Below are positions 63,631 through 64,000 of a stretch of 64,000 nt of DNA, piece after piece. A program made the translations under genes and the position numbers. The stretch is from Trypanosoma brucei (Eukaryota), in the NCBI GenBank assembly GCA_000002445.1, contig CP000068.1, positions 1,184,001 to 1,248,000 of the forward strand, read 5' to 3'. Position 1 is the stretch's first letter, and the number at the start of each line of letters is the position of its first letter. A model generated the notes under the pieces. The model was given only the letters and a program-made list of their open reading frames with translations, made no database searches and was not told the DNA's origin.

Positions 63631-63993
63631 CTATACTGCAGGTGTTTTCCTCAAACACCTATTCAAGTATAAATAACCCAACACACACGTTAAAACGCTT
63701 GCAGCAAAGAAAACAACGGATTCCCAATAGGGCCCAATCATCGCGCCCCGCGCACCAAAACTCATTTGTGGCCCGCTTACCACGTGCAGAGCATAACGCG
63801 CACTCCTATACACAGTTTGATTAAGCCAATCCTCATCCAATTTCCATAAAGGTTCCTTCTCTTCATCTCGAAACTTCAGCCCCCGAGGCACAGCAGCGGA
63901 AAGCATCGGTTGTTCCCATCCAATATGCTTCAAACTTGCCTGAATTGCCTCCTCCACGGCAGTAGGGTTAGTTGTGACACTGTTGCCCAACAC
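63631..63993 (-). CDS. Hypothetical protein with C-terminal transmembrane helix; the frame is open to the window edge so the N-terminus may lie beyond nt 64000
   Basis: - strand ORF with C-terminal hydrophobic segment SVVFFAASVLTCVLGYLYL. First in-window Met at 63993. Confidence 0.4.
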   Translation of the reverse strand: MLGNSVTTNPTAVEEAIQASLKHIGWEQPMLSAAVPRGLKFRDEEKEPLWKLDEDWLNQTVYRSARYALHVVSGPQMSFGARGAMIGPYWESVVFFAASVLTCVLGYLYLNRCLRKTPAV

Positions 63994-64000
63994 ACCGACG

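Noticed and set aside
1-64000. CRISPR arrays, bacterial operon signals, introns, rRNA genes
   Set aside because: None seen. The architecture (long same-strand gene arrays with polypyrimidine-AG spacers, no Shine-Dalgarno or promoter logic) is kinetoplastid nuclear DNA.

Overview
This window reads as a chromosome-internal segment of a kinetoplastid nuclear genome, most consistent with an African trypanosome of the Trypanosoma brucei group. The basis is intron-less, densely packed same-strand genes each preceded by polypyrimidine tracts (trans-splice signals), a VSG-type C-terminal cysteine motif, a BARP/GARP-like alanine-rich GPI protein, and the OMPDC-OPRT fusion ending in -SKL. A long + strand polycistronic unit (17..45988) opens with the clustered de novo pyrimidine genes: carbamoyl-phosphate synthetase II (5'-truncated by the window), OMPDC-OPRT, aspartate carbamoyltransferase and type-1A DHODH. 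It continues with an XRN-family exonuclease, a tubulin-tyrosine-ligase-like protein, a MORN/polytopic membrane protein, a KLHDC4-like kelch protein, a PEX6-like AAA ATPase, an MFS transporter, a DEAD-box helicase, a 2OG-Fe(II) oxygenase, a PRMT, a DPY-30-domain adenylate kinase and a uL15m-like mitoribosomal protein. An unusual ~6.3 kb ORF-poor stretch follows (45989..52330), then a VSG-related gene and a convergent strand-switch region (~53765..55170). The - strand unit beyond it encodes a Cys-rich mucin-like GPI protein, a BARP/GARP-like alanine/glutamate-rich GPI protein, a protein with three LysM-like repeats, a frame-fragmented S26/IMP-type peptidase relic and a partial hypothetical gene. 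There are no prokaryotic features (no CRISPR, no operon signals) and no rRNA/tRNA that I could recognise. Simple-sequence repeats are common in intergenic regions. All calls are from reading the sequence and ORF translations; no searches were run.
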